A DNA stretch of 64,000 nucleotides from Octopus sinensis (GCF_006345805.1 NC_043001.1:74338001-74402000), one strand, 5' to 3'. Counted from the first letter of the stretch, positions 48,876-61,984 are shown. Notes: generated by a model from the sequence alone, not told the origin. Numbers and translations: made by a program.

Positions 48876-49602
48876 TTATTATTATTATTATTATTAACAA
48901 TAACAGCGGTTCACTCAGCTGGCAAAAATATGTTGTAACTGTAATTCAAAGAACCAGCCTTGTCACATTCTCTGTCACGCTGTATCTCCCTGAGAACTAC
49001 GTGTCTGTGGAGTGTTCAATCATTTGCACGTTAATTTCACAAGCAGGCTGTTCCGTTGATCGAATCACTTGGAACACTCGACGTCATAAACAGATGGAGA
49101 GCCAAGTCAACAACAATAAACTAAAGCAAACGAGCTACTCCTGACCAGTGTGATTTTTGAATTAGATTGCAACGAGAAATTTGTAAACCGGGGATGGAGT
49201 GGGGGTTCAATCCTTATATTGTAATAACAACATTGGTAAAGCATTAAACTGTGTCCAGTGGCGAGGCTCCAGTCTGGGAATTCAGAAACTTTAGAGAGAA
49301 TGAAGTCTCTCCTTAGTCACCACTACTCTGCTCTGGCTCGTTGCGGTTGTTAGTACCACCAAGGACCCTAATTATGGATCAAATAACAGAAGGGACCACC
49401 TTTGATACTTGACCTATAACTAGAACATACAGGGCTCGAGGAGGGCTGAACCCCAGATATGTGACACAGGTTCACAGATGTGTGGATCTGTCCTGATGTC
49501 AAATGGACCTGTGCCTCTGTACAGATTAAGAAATATCAATGCGCTTCGTCCCTTTAAACATGAACAACACGTATCAACTCGAAACCATTTGATCACTTAA
49601 AT

Positions 49603-49933
49603 CAGTGATTCTCAACCATTTTTCCCTATGGACCCCTTTGATCACTATTTTATCCTAGTGGAATCCCTATAACTATTTGATATCTAAAAACTTGTTTTAT
49701 AGATATCTCTTTCAAAATTCCCCTTTTTTCACACATTAACTTGTGTAGGTTGAACTATGTTAAAATTTTAGAGAAAAAAAAGATAACTGTTTCTTCCATC
49801 TAAATCAAAATTTTCTCATAGACACTTAATATACTACTGTGTGTATCCAATTTGCTATTTTGCTTGCGTTGATACCCCCCCTCAATCTTGAATGGGCCCT
49901 AGGGGTCATATAGATTCCAGTTGAGAGCCACTG
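49603..49933. mobile_element. hAT-type MITE
   Basis: TIRs cagtgattctcaac / gttgagagccactg; 8-bp TSD acttaaat / actttaat (7/8 match). Confidence 0.8.
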
Positions 49934-50619
49934 ACTTTAATGGTCTTACTACCAATGAGAATCTTCCCGACAAATGCACATCCTTATTTAACAAAGACGG
50001 TGTCTCAGACTGGCCTTTCTTCTTCGGAGCCAGAAAATACTTCTGACCCCAACAATTACCATTCCTCCGGAAAAAAGTCCATGCGATACTCGCAATGGAA
50101 CACTGTCCCCACATATGGAATAGTGATGCTGCTACACATATGGATTCTTTTAGGGCCCTCGACTCTTGAGAAAGTCTTAGGGGCACCGTCGTGATATGTA
50201 GTGTATTTTGGTTATTTAAAAAATGGCAGGTGTCCATTCCTCTCCAAGTCTGAACATAGCTGATTTATGCCAGACAGAGAGAGAGAGAAGGAAGGAAGAC
50301 AGAAAGGCAGAAAGTGAAACAGAGAGAGAGAGAGAGAGAGAGATTAAACCGAGAAACACAGTGAGAGAGACAGAAATACTGTAAGAGATACCAAGAAAAG
50401 GAGACAGGCTGACAGAGAGGGGAATCGATCCCAGTAATGATTAGTACTTTATTTATTGACCTCAACAAGATTTGAACTCAGAACACAGTGAATTGGAACG
50501 AATACTGCAAGGCATTCTATAAACGCTCCAACGACTCAGCCTACACACACACACACACACACCTTCAGAAAAAAGCCACTTAAATTTAAATACAGTCGTT
50601 TTCTTGCCTCAGGGTCTCA

Positions 50620-50900
50620 CGTATACCGTATCATCTCACTCTCTTGTTTCTGCCGATGCTATAATGGCCACTGCTCTTCCAGAGCTGGTTGTAATTGCAC
50701 CACCTCCACTCAAGTACACTTAACTCGCTGAACCTACCTACACTTGTCACTCACGTTGAGTGCAATCTTCTAAGACCACCAGTAATCATTACTCTCAGTC
50801 CTTCTTCAACACAATATCGTCCTTCTGGAATTCCGTGACAGCGCATGTCTGTCCTACAGTCAACGTGTAACAATTTAAACAGAATGTTCACAGTTTCACT
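50620..50900 (+). mobile_element. Jockey/CR1/L2-like LINE 3' remnant
   Basis: LF.RCYNGHCSS... and YSQSFFNTISSFWNS...; decayed. Confidence 0.5.
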
Positions 50901-51172
50901 GTCAACGGTGAGGTTAACCCGCGAGACAACGGCAGCCTCAGGCTCTTCATCAAGATCAAACTAATAAGAAAAAGGTGAGCATGTGTGTATGTATATATGC
51001 ATATATATGTGTGTGTGTGTATGTTTGTCTGTGTATACAAACACATACGCAAACATATATGCATATGTATTCATACATTCACGCGCGCTTACACATTCAC
51101 ACAAACGTATATGAGCATAACCTGGATTTCGATCGAGATGGCTATATTATCAAAATGAATGTGCTATATATA

Positions 51173-52349
51173 TCAGGCTGAGGGAAAAGTAAGCAGCGTT
51201 TTGAATCATGAATAATTTGTACCGGATTTTTGCAGAGTCTTGAATTTTTTTAAACATTTTTAACATTTTAAACATAATACGGACACAGACTTGCCCAAAT
51301 GCATCAATAAATTAACATTGATATGTTTTTCACCGTTGTTACAATCATCTGAAATGGAGCTATCAAAGCGCGATATTCGAGCAATTTTACTATTCGGCTT
51401 CAAAAAGAAAAAAGGACGTAAAGCAGCTGAAAGGACGTAAAGCGATAACGAAACGTCTGGTGAGGGAATGACCAGAGAGTGGTCAGCTTGAAAATGATTT
51501 AAACGATTTCGCAGTGGAGATCTGAGCCTTGAAGATCGAAGCGTAGTAGACGCCCATCTGTCATCGATGGCGGTCAATTAAAGACCGTCATTGAGAAAGA
51601 TCCGCATAAAACCGCTCGAGAACTGGCAAAAACCTTCAAGTTAGCCAGAAAACTGCCTGCAGTCATTTGCATGCGATCGGAAAATTATAAAAGCTCGACA
51701 GATGAGTATCACATGATTTGAATGAGAGCAGACCGATCAATTTCTGGACCGTATTGTAACTTGCGATGAAAAGTGGATTCTGTACAATAATTAAAAACGT
51801 TCTTCTTAGTGGTTGGACCAAAATGAAGCATCGAAATGCTTCCCTAAACCTGAGCTCTTCAAAAAGAAGGTTAAAAACCACTACTGCAGAAAAATCGCCA
51901 TGAAATTGTCACAGTGAACGAAAAACTGCTACTCCTCCGTTCCAGACTGGTCAACAGAAGAGAGCCAATCACTCTTCATGACAATGCTCGACCACACGTT
52001 TCACTAATGTCGCTCCAGAAGTTGTGGGAGCTTGGCTACGAAGTTCTTCCCCACCCAACATATTCCCCAGACCTTTCTCCTACCGACTACCACTTTTTCA
52101 AGCACCTTGATGGTTTTCTGCGAGAGAAGGAATTCAAAAATCAAACCGATGCTGAAAGTGCGTTCAAAGAGTTCATCAGCCCCAGAACTCCAGACTTTTA
52201 TGTTACCGAAATAAACAAACTTGTAACTCGTTAGCAAAAATGTGTTGATTGTAATAGTAGTTATTTGATGAATAAAATTTCCGCATTGTTGAAATATATT
52301 GTGATGAATTTCAGGTTTTAAGACGTTGCTTACTTTTTACTCAACCTGA
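51173..52349 (+). mobile_element. Mariner (DD34D-type) transposon, decayed
   Basis: TA-flanked TIRs tcaggctgagggaaaagtaagcagcgt / acgttgcttactttttactcaacctga. Start at ~51354 (MELSKRDIRAILLF); ORF 51914-52234 with HDNARPH and YSPDLSPTDYHFF. Confidence 0.9.
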
Positions 52350-52376
52350 TATATATATATATATTATTTAATATTA

Positions 52377-52650
52377 AAGGCATTATTATACATAAATGTC
52401 TCACGCTAGGAGGGACTCAAAAACTACCATAGGGTAGTCAAGAACTACCATAATAAACACATAGTACCAAACGAGTGTTTATTACGGTAGGCTTTTGACT
52501 TTAAGAGTCCCTCCTAGCGTGAAGCATTTATGTATAGTAATGTCCTTCATATAAATAAATACACTTAAAGGGAATAATAAATTTTTTCCCTTATGAGGTT
52601 TTTCACGCTAACTACTTGATGAATTCTTATAAAGATTTTATCCTATTTTT
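52377..52650. mobile_element. Fold-back element (hairpin 52377-52547) plus AT-rich tail
   Basis: aaggcattattatacataaatgtctcacgctaggagggactc / gagtccctcctagcgtgaagcatttatgtatagtaatgtcctt, with an inner pair ctaccataataaacac / gtgtttattacggtag. The arm motif recurs at ~60828. Confidence 0.75.
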
Positions 52651-52926
52651 AAATTGTATATATTTATATATATATCTATGTATATATATACATATATATT
52701 TTACTTGTTTCAGTCATTTGATTGAGGCCAATCTGGGGCACCGCTCTGAAAGGTTTTAGTCGAACAAATCGATCCCAGGAATTATTTTTTTAGAGGCTAG
52801 TACTTATTCTAGCGGTCTCTTTTGCCGATCCGTTAAGTTACGGGACATAAACACACCAACACCGATTACCAAGCGATGGTCTCACACACACCCAGACAAC
52901 ACACAACTACACACACATGACGGCTC

Positions 52927-53026
52927 NNNNNNNNNNNNNNNNNNNNNNNNNNNNNNNNNNNNNNNNNNNNNNNNNNNNNNNNNNNNNNNNNNNNNNNNNN
53001 NNNNNNNNNNNNNNNNNNNNNNNNNN
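52927..53026. other. Assembly gap (100 N)
   Basis: Direct reading. Confidence 0.99.
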
Positions 53027-53284
53027 CCTTTCATCCTTTCGGGGTCGATAAATATGTACCAGTTATGCACTGGGGTCGATGTAATCGACTTAATCCCTTT
53101 GTCTGTCCTTGTTTGTCCCCTCTGTGTTTAGCCCTGTGGGTAGTAAGAAATATATAACCTACATATGAATATATATATATATATATATATAATATATATA
53201 TTATATATATATATATACAATATGAATATATATGTATATATGCATATATATATATATATATTAGCATTTATATATACGCATGTG

Positions 53285-53580
53285 TAGAGGCTCAAAGGCC
53301 CAGTGGTTAGGGCAGCGGACTCGCGGTTTCGATTACCAGACCGGACGTTGTGAGTGTTTATTGAGCGAAAACACCTAAAGCTCCACGAGACTCCAGCAAG
53401 GGGTTGTAACGATCCCTGCTGTACTCTTTCGCCACAGCTTTCTCTCACTCTTTCATCTGTTGGCCTGCTCGCTTAGCCAGCGGGGTGGCGTCATTTGAAG
53501 GCTAAAACAATGCGAACGCATTGTGACCAGCGATGTATAGCAACATCTAATAGCCTGGTCAGTCACGGTGATCACGGTGA
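53285..53580 (+). mobile_element. SINE family 3
   Basis: gaggctcaaaggcccagtggttagggcagcggactcgcg... with tail gtcacggtgatcacggtgat (inverted copy at 63001-63125). Confidence 0.8.
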
Positions 53581-53689
53581 TATACGCATGTATATATATA
53601 TTTAAAGTCAAACCTCCATATTTAAACAGTCAAACCTCCATACATGCGTACATGCACTTACATATGCATACATATACAAGCTCTTTTAT

Positions 53690-53862
53690 TCCTTTACTCT
53701 TGTATTTGTTTCAGTCATTTGACTGCGGTCACGCTGGAGCAGTGCTCCAGCAATTCTTTGTAAGCCTAGTACTTACTCTATCGGTCCCTTTAGCCAAACT
53801 GCTAACGTAAACATACCAGCATCGTTTGTCAGCGATGGGTGTGGGGGACGACACACAACACA

Positions 53863-53919
<57 letters not shown>

Positions 53920-54075
53920 GACGTGCTTCTTTCAGTTTCCGTCTTCCAAATTCACTCAGAAAGGCTTTCGTCGGTTCTAGACTATAATAGAAGATACTTG
54001 CCCAAGGTGCCAAGTAGTGGGACTGAAACCGGAACCATGTGGTTGGTAAGCAGGCTACTTACCACACATCCACTT
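53690..54075 (-). mobile_element. SINE family 1
   Basis: Reverse complement of the family consensus. Confidence 0.8.
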
Positions 54076-54510
54076 CTGCGCCAATATGCATTAGCTATTT
54101 CATCTTTAAATATGAAAAATTAATTTATTAGGTCTTTATTATATGTGCATATATATTTATTTATAGAGATTATTTTAGATCTTAATTATAATATTTATAT
54201 ACATTTATATATTTTCATTGATAATTTATATATTATTTAAATTTTATATTTTAATAATATGAATAATCGTTTTTTGTTAAATATTTATGTAATTAGATAT
54301 TGACTATTACTGATATTAGATTATTGGTGGGTTTCTTACCTTAAAAATTAAAATGAATATTTAACATTATAATCGTTGTTTTGACATAATCATAATCGTT
54401 AAGTTTCTAGTTTGATAATAGAGTTTTTTATAAGAAAATTTATTATATTATTTATTTCTTAAAAAATATTATTTAAATATTTTTGATTATTTATTAAAAT
54501 ATTACAATTA

Positions 54511-54602
54511 ACCTGAAGATTGACTGTAACCACTACTCGAATTATTAATTGAATTTAAATTATTGTTATTCGAATTGGTTACGGGCATGAAACGATCGTA
54601 GT
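54511..54602 (+). ncRNA. Hammerhead motif with long stem II and U.U at stem-II base; weak stem I
   Basis: ac-CUGAAGA-u-ugacuguaacca...ugguuacgggca-u-GAAA-CGAUCG-UA|gu. Shares GAAACGAUCGUA exactly with the 44409 motif; only 2 bp of stem I. Confidence 0.5.
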
Positions 54603-56925
54603 GTTTTTACTCTTTATCTTATATTAAACTTTTAATACTTTTTGATAGTTAAAAAAAAATAAAATAAATAAATAAATATAAAAATAAAAAAAAATATAAA
54701 TAAAAATAAAAAGATAAATATTACATGTCTCTTAACCCTTATACCTTTTAATGTATACAGGCATACATACATATATGCATACACATATAATCACACATAT
54801 ATGTGCATATATATATGCATACACACACGTATATATATGCATATATATACACACATGTATACACGCACACGTAGATATATATTATACATATATACATACA
54901 TACCTACATATACATACACACATATATATACATACGCACACATACATATACACATATACATACATAAATGTTCACAAATATATATATACATACAGGTATA
55001 GATATATCTCAAGACACATACACATACATAAATACATTTCTCTGCATATGTGTGCATACACATCTGCATAACTGTACTTATGTACTCACATGAACATGTA
55101 CGTGCGTGTGTGTATGCATACCCATACATATACATATAAACACATACACGCGCACATATGTATATACACACAACCACAAACACAATAAATTCACACGCCC
55201 TTATACACACGTACAGATATATACGCAAATACATACATATGCACACATGTACACACATACACAAACATACAAGACATATAGACATACAAACATATATTCC
55301 TATATATATTTTTTTATACATACACACATACATGCACACTCACAGATACATATCGAGGCACTCCGTCGGTTACGCCGACAAGGGTTCCAGTTGATCCGAT
55401 CAACGGACCAGCCTGCTCGTGAAATTAACGTGCAAGTGGCTGAGCCTTCCACAGATACACATACTCTTAACGTAGTTCTCGGGGAGATTCAGCGTGACGC
55501 AGAGTATGATAAGGCTGGCCATTTGAAATACAGGTACGACAGAAACAGGAAGAAACAGTGAGAGAAAGTTGTGGTGAAAGAATACAGCAGAGTTCACCAC
55601 CACCCCTTGCTAGAGCCTCGTGAAGCTTTAGGTGTTATCGCTCAATAAACACTCACAACGTCCGGTCGGGGGAATTGAAACCGCGATCCTATGACCGCGC
55701 GTCTGCAGCCCTAACCACTGGGCCATTGTGTCTCCACACAGATAGATATATATACACCTATACACCCACACACCCACATATATATATAGTACATAAAAGT
55801 GTATATACTCATATGTAGTTCTCATTATTCAGGCACTGTTTGGTTGGTGTCTTTCTGTGGATTGTTGGTATGGTAGTTCCGGCGGTTTTGGTATTATTTT
55901 TTGTTCAGTTTCGGTTGATATTTTCGAATAAAATATTCTTCCTTGTTCTTACGAAAATGTTAATTTTCTGTCCATAGTTTGAAGAAAGGGAATATTTTAA
56001 ATTTTCTTTTCTCACATTTTTCGAAGTGTTCACTGCATGTTGTATTTCTAACAGAGGGGTCATAGATTTGTTATTCATGTACCCTTACCCTCTCATATAG
56101 TCCAATGCTTGTTTCACCTATGTATTCTTGCATTCGGGACATGTGGCACAATCGATTGGATTTCTGGATTTGCGATTCATATTTGCATTTATTTTAAAGG
56201 CGTTATTGTCTTTCAAAGTAATTTGTTCTCTTTGTTCAATGTAATCACACGTTCCACAGCGAGGGTCATCACAGTTTTGAACTCTGTTGTTTCTCTAGTG
56301 GTAAATATTACTTGGGTATTTGACGTCTGCTATAAATTATTTTTGGATCTATAATTAATTTGTTCATTCTTGATGATTGTTGAAGAATTGGGAGGTATCT
56401 TTTTGCAGTGTTGATGATGTGATTTTTTGGGTTGTCGGTGATGATAAAATGAATGTTTATGAGTTCAATTTTATATCTGTGTGTTTGTTTTCCTCTGAGG
56501 TGTGTAGTTAGGATGTTTTTTGCTTTGGTGATTGCTGCGTCAATTAAACTAGTGGAATATTTATGTTCTTTTAGAAATATTTTAAATTCCTGTAATCTTT
56601 TATCCCTTAATTCTACATCTGTTACTGTAGTGCAAATTGGTTTTGCCATGTTAACGGGTATGTTTCTTTTGGTATGTGTGAGATGGGAGGAATGAAAATT
56701 CAAATATTGATATATGTGTCTGTAGGTTTGTAGAAGAGGTCTGTTTTTATGGTATTATTTTCTGTAATTAGAAGCATGTCTAAAAACAGGAAATTCTTTT
56801 GTGCGTTGTTACATGGTGGATTTTATTGAGGTATGTAAATTATTTAAAAGTGAGTGAAAGTTTCCTAAGTCTCTTTGGTTTTTGGTCCAGAATATAAAGC
56901 AGTCATCCAAATATCGTTTCCAGTT

Positions 56926-56929
<4 letters not shown>

Positions 56930-56978
<49 letters not shown>

Positions 56979-57496
56979 TATATATTACATACATATAAGA
57001 GGGAATTTACCACTATGTGGAAACTCTTATGCTAGAAGATCCGCTATGGTCTTACCACTAAGAATTGTTCTCAAGAACATTTAGCAAACACCAGAAACGT
57101 AAGCGAGCAAGAAAAAGAAAAGTAACAAAAATATAGATTAATCATAAACAAATGTTTCACTATCAACAAATTACGTAATTTTACTTACATAATTTATCTG
57201 TAGATCTTCAGTATGATCGTCTATACAAATATAAAAATGCAAAACTACACACCGTCATTAACACATTTCTGGTGTTTGCTAAATTTTCTAGAGAACAATT
57301 CTTAGTGGTAAGACCATAGCGGATCTTCTTCTAGCATAAGTGTTTCCACATAGTGGTAAATTCCCTCTTATATGTATGTAATACTATTTATTTACTGAAA
57401 CTCAGTTTTTATATGCTAGACCACTGGTGTTAAAATTTATGTTATCAAATTAATATCCAATTTTTCACCCTCATTTTAATTTTATATATATATATA
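56930..57496. mobile_element. TA-flanked fold-back element (arms ~56983-57095 / ~57276-57382, plus ~110-bp tail) inserted in PLE RT
   Basis: Removing it restores ...EQFSV-Y-INNWKRYLDD. The arms are agagggaatttaccactatgtggaaac...gcaaacaccagaaa and its reverse complement. Confidence 0.85.
57141..57217 (-). ncRNA. Type-I hammerhead motif
   Basis: aucaua-CUGAAGA-u-cuacagauaaauuauguaa-guaaaa-uuacguaauuuguugauag-u-GAAA-CAUUUG-UU|uaugau: 6-bp stem I, long stem II, intact core. Confidence 0.65.
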
Positions 57497-57906
57497 AACG
57501 GAGAATTGTTCGTTAAATGTTTCTGTTAGTTGCGAATAGAGTTTGATCACTAAGAAACCCATTACAAGTGTTACATAGGTGGAGGCTACTTTTGTCCCCA
57601 TCACCGTTTATGTTATTTGTAAGTAGAAGTTGTCGAAGAAGTGATTATTTTCCAGTATTAATTTTAGTTAATCTAAAATGAAGGTTTTTGAGAATCTTTC
57701 CATGATATGATTCGGGTATTTTGTTAACCAGAAATTTATAGCTTTAGTTCCTAGATCGTGAGGGGTATTGGTGCATAGACTAATTGCATCGAAACTAACA
57801 AGAATTGTCTCTTGGTGGACACTTTTAGGTATGTAGTTTAAGAAGTCCATATCGTCCCAGACAAAGCTTGGTATCATTTTGCGTGAACGTTTTAGAACTA
57901 AATATA

Positions 57907-59186
57907 TTGGGTTGGCAACTAACTTCCCGCCGTTTTTTTTTAATTTTGGAATTTATTGTGTTTTTAAATTTCGGAATCTATTTTTTTCGACAATTCTACT
58001 TTTGAATCATTTTGGAATCTATTTTTTTTTTTTTTAGTTAATTTTAGTTAATTTTTGTTTATTTTCAGAACATTGATGTGGAATGTCAAGTTAAGAAAAA
58101 CGAGTATTTTCTACACCTCCTTCTTTTTGCTTTTAATAAAGGTTCTAAGGCCGCAAAAGTTGATCGCGACATTTGTGCTGTGTATGGAAAGGGTGCTATA
58201 GCTGAAAGAACTGCTCGTGATTGGTATGCCAAGTTCAAAAATGGAAATTTTGACCTCAAGACGCACCTCGTTCTGGCCGTCCAGTTGAGTTCGATGAAGA
58301 GCGATTAAACTAATATTTGCACGAAAATTCTTGTCAAACGACAAGGGAACTGGCAGAGAAAATGGAATGCTCCCACACTGCTATAGAGAAGCATCTTCCC
58401 TCGATGAGAAAGGTTCAGAAGTATGGAGCATGGGTTTCGCATTATTTAAATGACAACAACAAAAATCAATGAGCCACAATCTCCGCTGGTTTGCTTGCTC
58501 GGCACCGCTCAACTCATGGACACAAGCAACGATTTCTTTACCGAATTGTTACTGGCGACAATAAATGGTGCCTGTACATCAATATGAAGCAGCGTAAGGA
58601 ATGGCTTAGCCCCGGTAAACAAGCGACACCGCACGTGAAACAAGATCTTTATCCGCGTAAAACGATGTTGTGCGTATGGTGGGACTGGGAAGGGATTATC
58701 CATTACGAATTGCTTGAACGGAACCAAACGGTCAACGCGGAACTCTATGTTCAACAGATGGAACGACTCATCACGGCTATTCAAGAGAAAAGACCTAATC
58801 AGCAGCATGGAGAACGCCCGACCTCATATCGCCAATATGACCAAGGAAGCCATTCAAACGCATGGCTGGGGAAGTGCTGCCACACCCGCCGTACTCTCCT
58901 AGTTTGGCACCAACAGATTTCCTCTTCTTTCGATCTCTTTCAAATGCTATGCGCGGAGTTTCGTTCAGTACTGATGCAGAATTGAGAGCTTGGTTATATC
59001 AATTTTCGAGTCGAAATAGGGTGATTTCTACCAACGAAGTATTGAAAATCTTGTTGAACGTTGGAAAGAAGTTATAAACAACAAGGGCGAATACATTATT
59101 GATAAATTAGTTGTTATTTTTTTTATTAAACCTTTTTAAAAATTTAAATGAAAAAAAAAACAGTCGTAACTTAGTTGCCAACCTAG
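57907..59186 (+). mobile_element. Mariner (DD34D-type) transposon nested in the PLE
   Basis: TA TSD; TIRs ttgggttggcaactaa / ttagttgccaacctag. ORFs contain RTARDWYAKFKNG, LYRIVTGDNKW, KTMLCVWWDWEG, ENARPH and HPPYSPSLAPTDF. Confidence 0.93.
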
Positions 59187-60505
59187 TATATTAGGTTGCT
59201 TAACCGTTGTGTACTGGATGCTGGTCCTGCAATGCTTGGGCGTAGATTCAGGACTCTGGAATTTGGAATTTCGACATATGTTTAATTGTTTCCATTTATG
59301 TTGTCTTGGATTTTTCTGATTTGTGGATCTTGGGTAAACCATAGAAGTTACTGGTTTTTATTTCGAAGTTGGTTAAATAATTAACTTCGTTCTCAGTCAG
59401 GTTATTACGATATTTTGAGACCAGTCTATGTACCTTGCACATGGTATTTTTTATCCTCGTTTTGGTTTAATTTCTTGTAGAAGTGATGGTCATTGGGTTG
59501 TTCCATCACCATATCTCTGTACTGGTTCTTGTCCATGATAACTATTGCTCTACCTTTGGCCTCTTCTTTGAAGATTATCGAAGAGTCTTTTTTGTAAACT
59601 TTTTAATGCTTCCGAATGATTTACATTCCCTCTCAGTCGTATTAGATTGAGCTGATCGTCGTAGGTGGCTAATATAGTCTTCTAAATTTTTGTCCCTATC
59701 TAAGGGAGATCTGAATCTTGTTCTTTTTCTAACCAGTGATTCGTCTGTGTGTCCAGTATTTAGAAAAAATTCTCTCAGTCGTAATTTACGGCAAAATTCT
59801 TCTGTAGCTTTTATGAGTTCAACTTGGCTGGGTTTTGGGGTGGGTGTACATTTCAGTCCATTTTCAAGAAGTTTAATTTCTTCGTTGGATAAATTTAGTA
59901 TTTTCGGTTTGCCTATGTGTTTGTTTTCTAATGCCTCGGTAAGAATCGTGCTATTTTTCACTTTTTCCTGGTGGTAGATCTCCTGTCTTAAAAATAGTTT
60001 CCATTGAAGTTGGGAGTGTTTATGCGGGAATTTTGTATTTTTCTGTATGTAAATATTTTAGGTTAGTTATTCATGGGTAGTAGGTTCTTGGTTGTTGGAT
60101 TGGGGATTGACACATTATTCTATTGTTGTTCCATGTGGTTCGTTTGGGTCCATGATTTGGTCTCTGGAGAGTTCTATTTGTTCTTTGGTTCGGGTTGTAT
60201 GTTCTTTTGTTACTTATTATATCCGCATATGATCACAAATTTGTGTTTGTTAGAGGACTGAGGTATCTTTGTCTATATTGTGGGAAAATTCCTTTTCTTT
60301 TGATGTTGCTTTGAGGTCTGAAGGTTTTCGTAGGTCGGTATGAAGGTCTTGTCAGATTTTTCCCATAGGTGTTTTCATATTCCTGTAGCGAGAGGATTTT
60401 TGATTCCAAGATCTTAGACTTCGCCTCCTCTCTGATGGTGTATATGTGTACATATACATACATACATATATATGTATATATATGCATATGTACATATACA
60501 TATAC

Positions 60506-60536
<31 letters not shown>

Positions 60537-60610
60537 ATATAATATGTACATATATATATAATATATATATATATATGTACATATATATATATGTATATAT
60601 ATATATGTAC

Positions 60611-60659
<49 letters not shown>

Positions 60660-61401
60660 TGTATATGTATATATATGTATATATACATATATGTATATGT
60701 ATATATATGTATATATATAATATATATATATATATACATATATGGAACTAAATTCTGTTTTTAAATGTCTTGCTTCGAGAGCTGCATTCAGTACGATTCA
60801 TTTATTTTTGGTAGTAATGACTTTGAAAGTCCCTCCTAGCGTGTGGCATTTATGTCTAATAATGCCCACTATATAATATATATATATATGTATGTATATG
60901 TATGTATGTATATATATATATATATATATATACATATAGATGCATAATGTATGCATATATATATATATATGCAAATATATATATATACAAACCCACACTC
61001 CACCCTCACATTCCCACACTTACACACTACACACCACCATACCGCCACACCACATCAAACCACCTCACAACACTCCACAATACTAGCTCTGATCTCTTTC
61101 CAGCACCCACATACGATCATCGGCACACCCACACACCATCATCCGCACACCCACACATTACAGACGCAGACAATTTCACACGCACACATCCACACATCAA
61201 AGTCACTAGCCCCTATCCACATGCACACGCTTACATACTCTCACAGACACGCAAGCACGCACACTTTCGTTTTGGGATCACCAATATTTTATTATCTCTT
61301 CTTCCTATTGATCAACCACCTTTTTCCAACCAGTCGTCATGATTGATCGCTAAATGCACAAGTAATTTTTTTTTAATATCCCTGTTATTTCCTCGTTTTC
61401 A

Positions 61402-61700
61402 TTTCTGTAAACTTCAACTACATGTATACATGTATGCACACACACACACGCGCGCGCGCACACGCACACACGCACACACAACACATATATATGCATATAT
61501 ATATATATGTGTGTGTGTGAGTGTGTGTGTGTGTGTGTGTGTGCATACATGTATATATGTATACGTGTAGTTGAAATTTACAGAAAAACAAAACACAAAG
61601 ACAGGTATATGAACAACAAGGTGTGATTTTAACGCTCGGGAAAATGAGAAAGTCTTTTAGATTTCGAGCGTACGCTCCTCAACAGAAAAGAATAAGGGAA
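61402..61700. mobile_element. Short fold-back (61402-61586) followed by decayed hammerhead-like motif (61654-61690, -)
   Basis: tttctgtaaacttcaactac / gtagttgaaatttacagaaa around a microsatellite. Minus strand: cuuuu-CUGUUGA-g-GAGC-guac-GCUC-GAAA-ucu-aaaag. Confidence 0.5.
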
Positions 61701-61744
61701 AATAAAAGAAGAGAGAATATAAACAAACTTGTGGATTTAGCAAT

Positions 61745-61945
61745 CAATTATGACGACTGATATTTATTACAAAAGCACAGATACACACCAGTACCTAAAT
61801 TTCAAATCATGCCACCCAACGCTCAGAAAACGCAACATCCCCTACTGTCTAACCAGGAAAATTTGTACTATAGTCGATGATCCAAATGCCAGAAACACAC
61901 GACGTATAGAACTCAAAGGATTTCTGCTCAAGCAAACTTTTCCTC
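61745..61945 (+). mobile_element. Penelope-like RT thumb fragment
   Basis: TDIYYKSTDTHQYLNFKSCHP...KRNIPYCLTRKICTIV. Confidence 0.85.
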
Positions 61946-61984
61946 TCCTTATGTATATCTTTATGTGCGCATGAGTTTATGTTC

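Larger units (their letters stand above)
55894..60440 (-). mobile_element. Long decayed Penelope-like retroelement (RT plus GIY-YIG endonuclease), interrupted by two insertions
   Basis: In order on the minus strand: ILNLSNEEIKLLENGLKCTPTP...FCRKLRLREFF (59575-59961); LRPSIAGP..TQRLSNLI|LVLK; ILVSFDAISLCTN; WKRYLDDCFIFW; TKRNIPVNMAK...RDKRLQE; CGTCDY...YIGETS..LYERVRVH...CSEH...EEYFIRKYQPKLN*. Confidence 0.9.

Noticed and set aside
49940-50250. Possible LINE or host exon fragment
   Set aside because: Short ORFs on both strands without a recognisable motif; left unannotated.
54110-54740. Mitochondrial insertion (NUMT) suggested by extreme AT content
   Set aside because: No mitochondrial tRNA, rRNA or protein motif was recognised; the segment instead contains a hammerhead-like motif.
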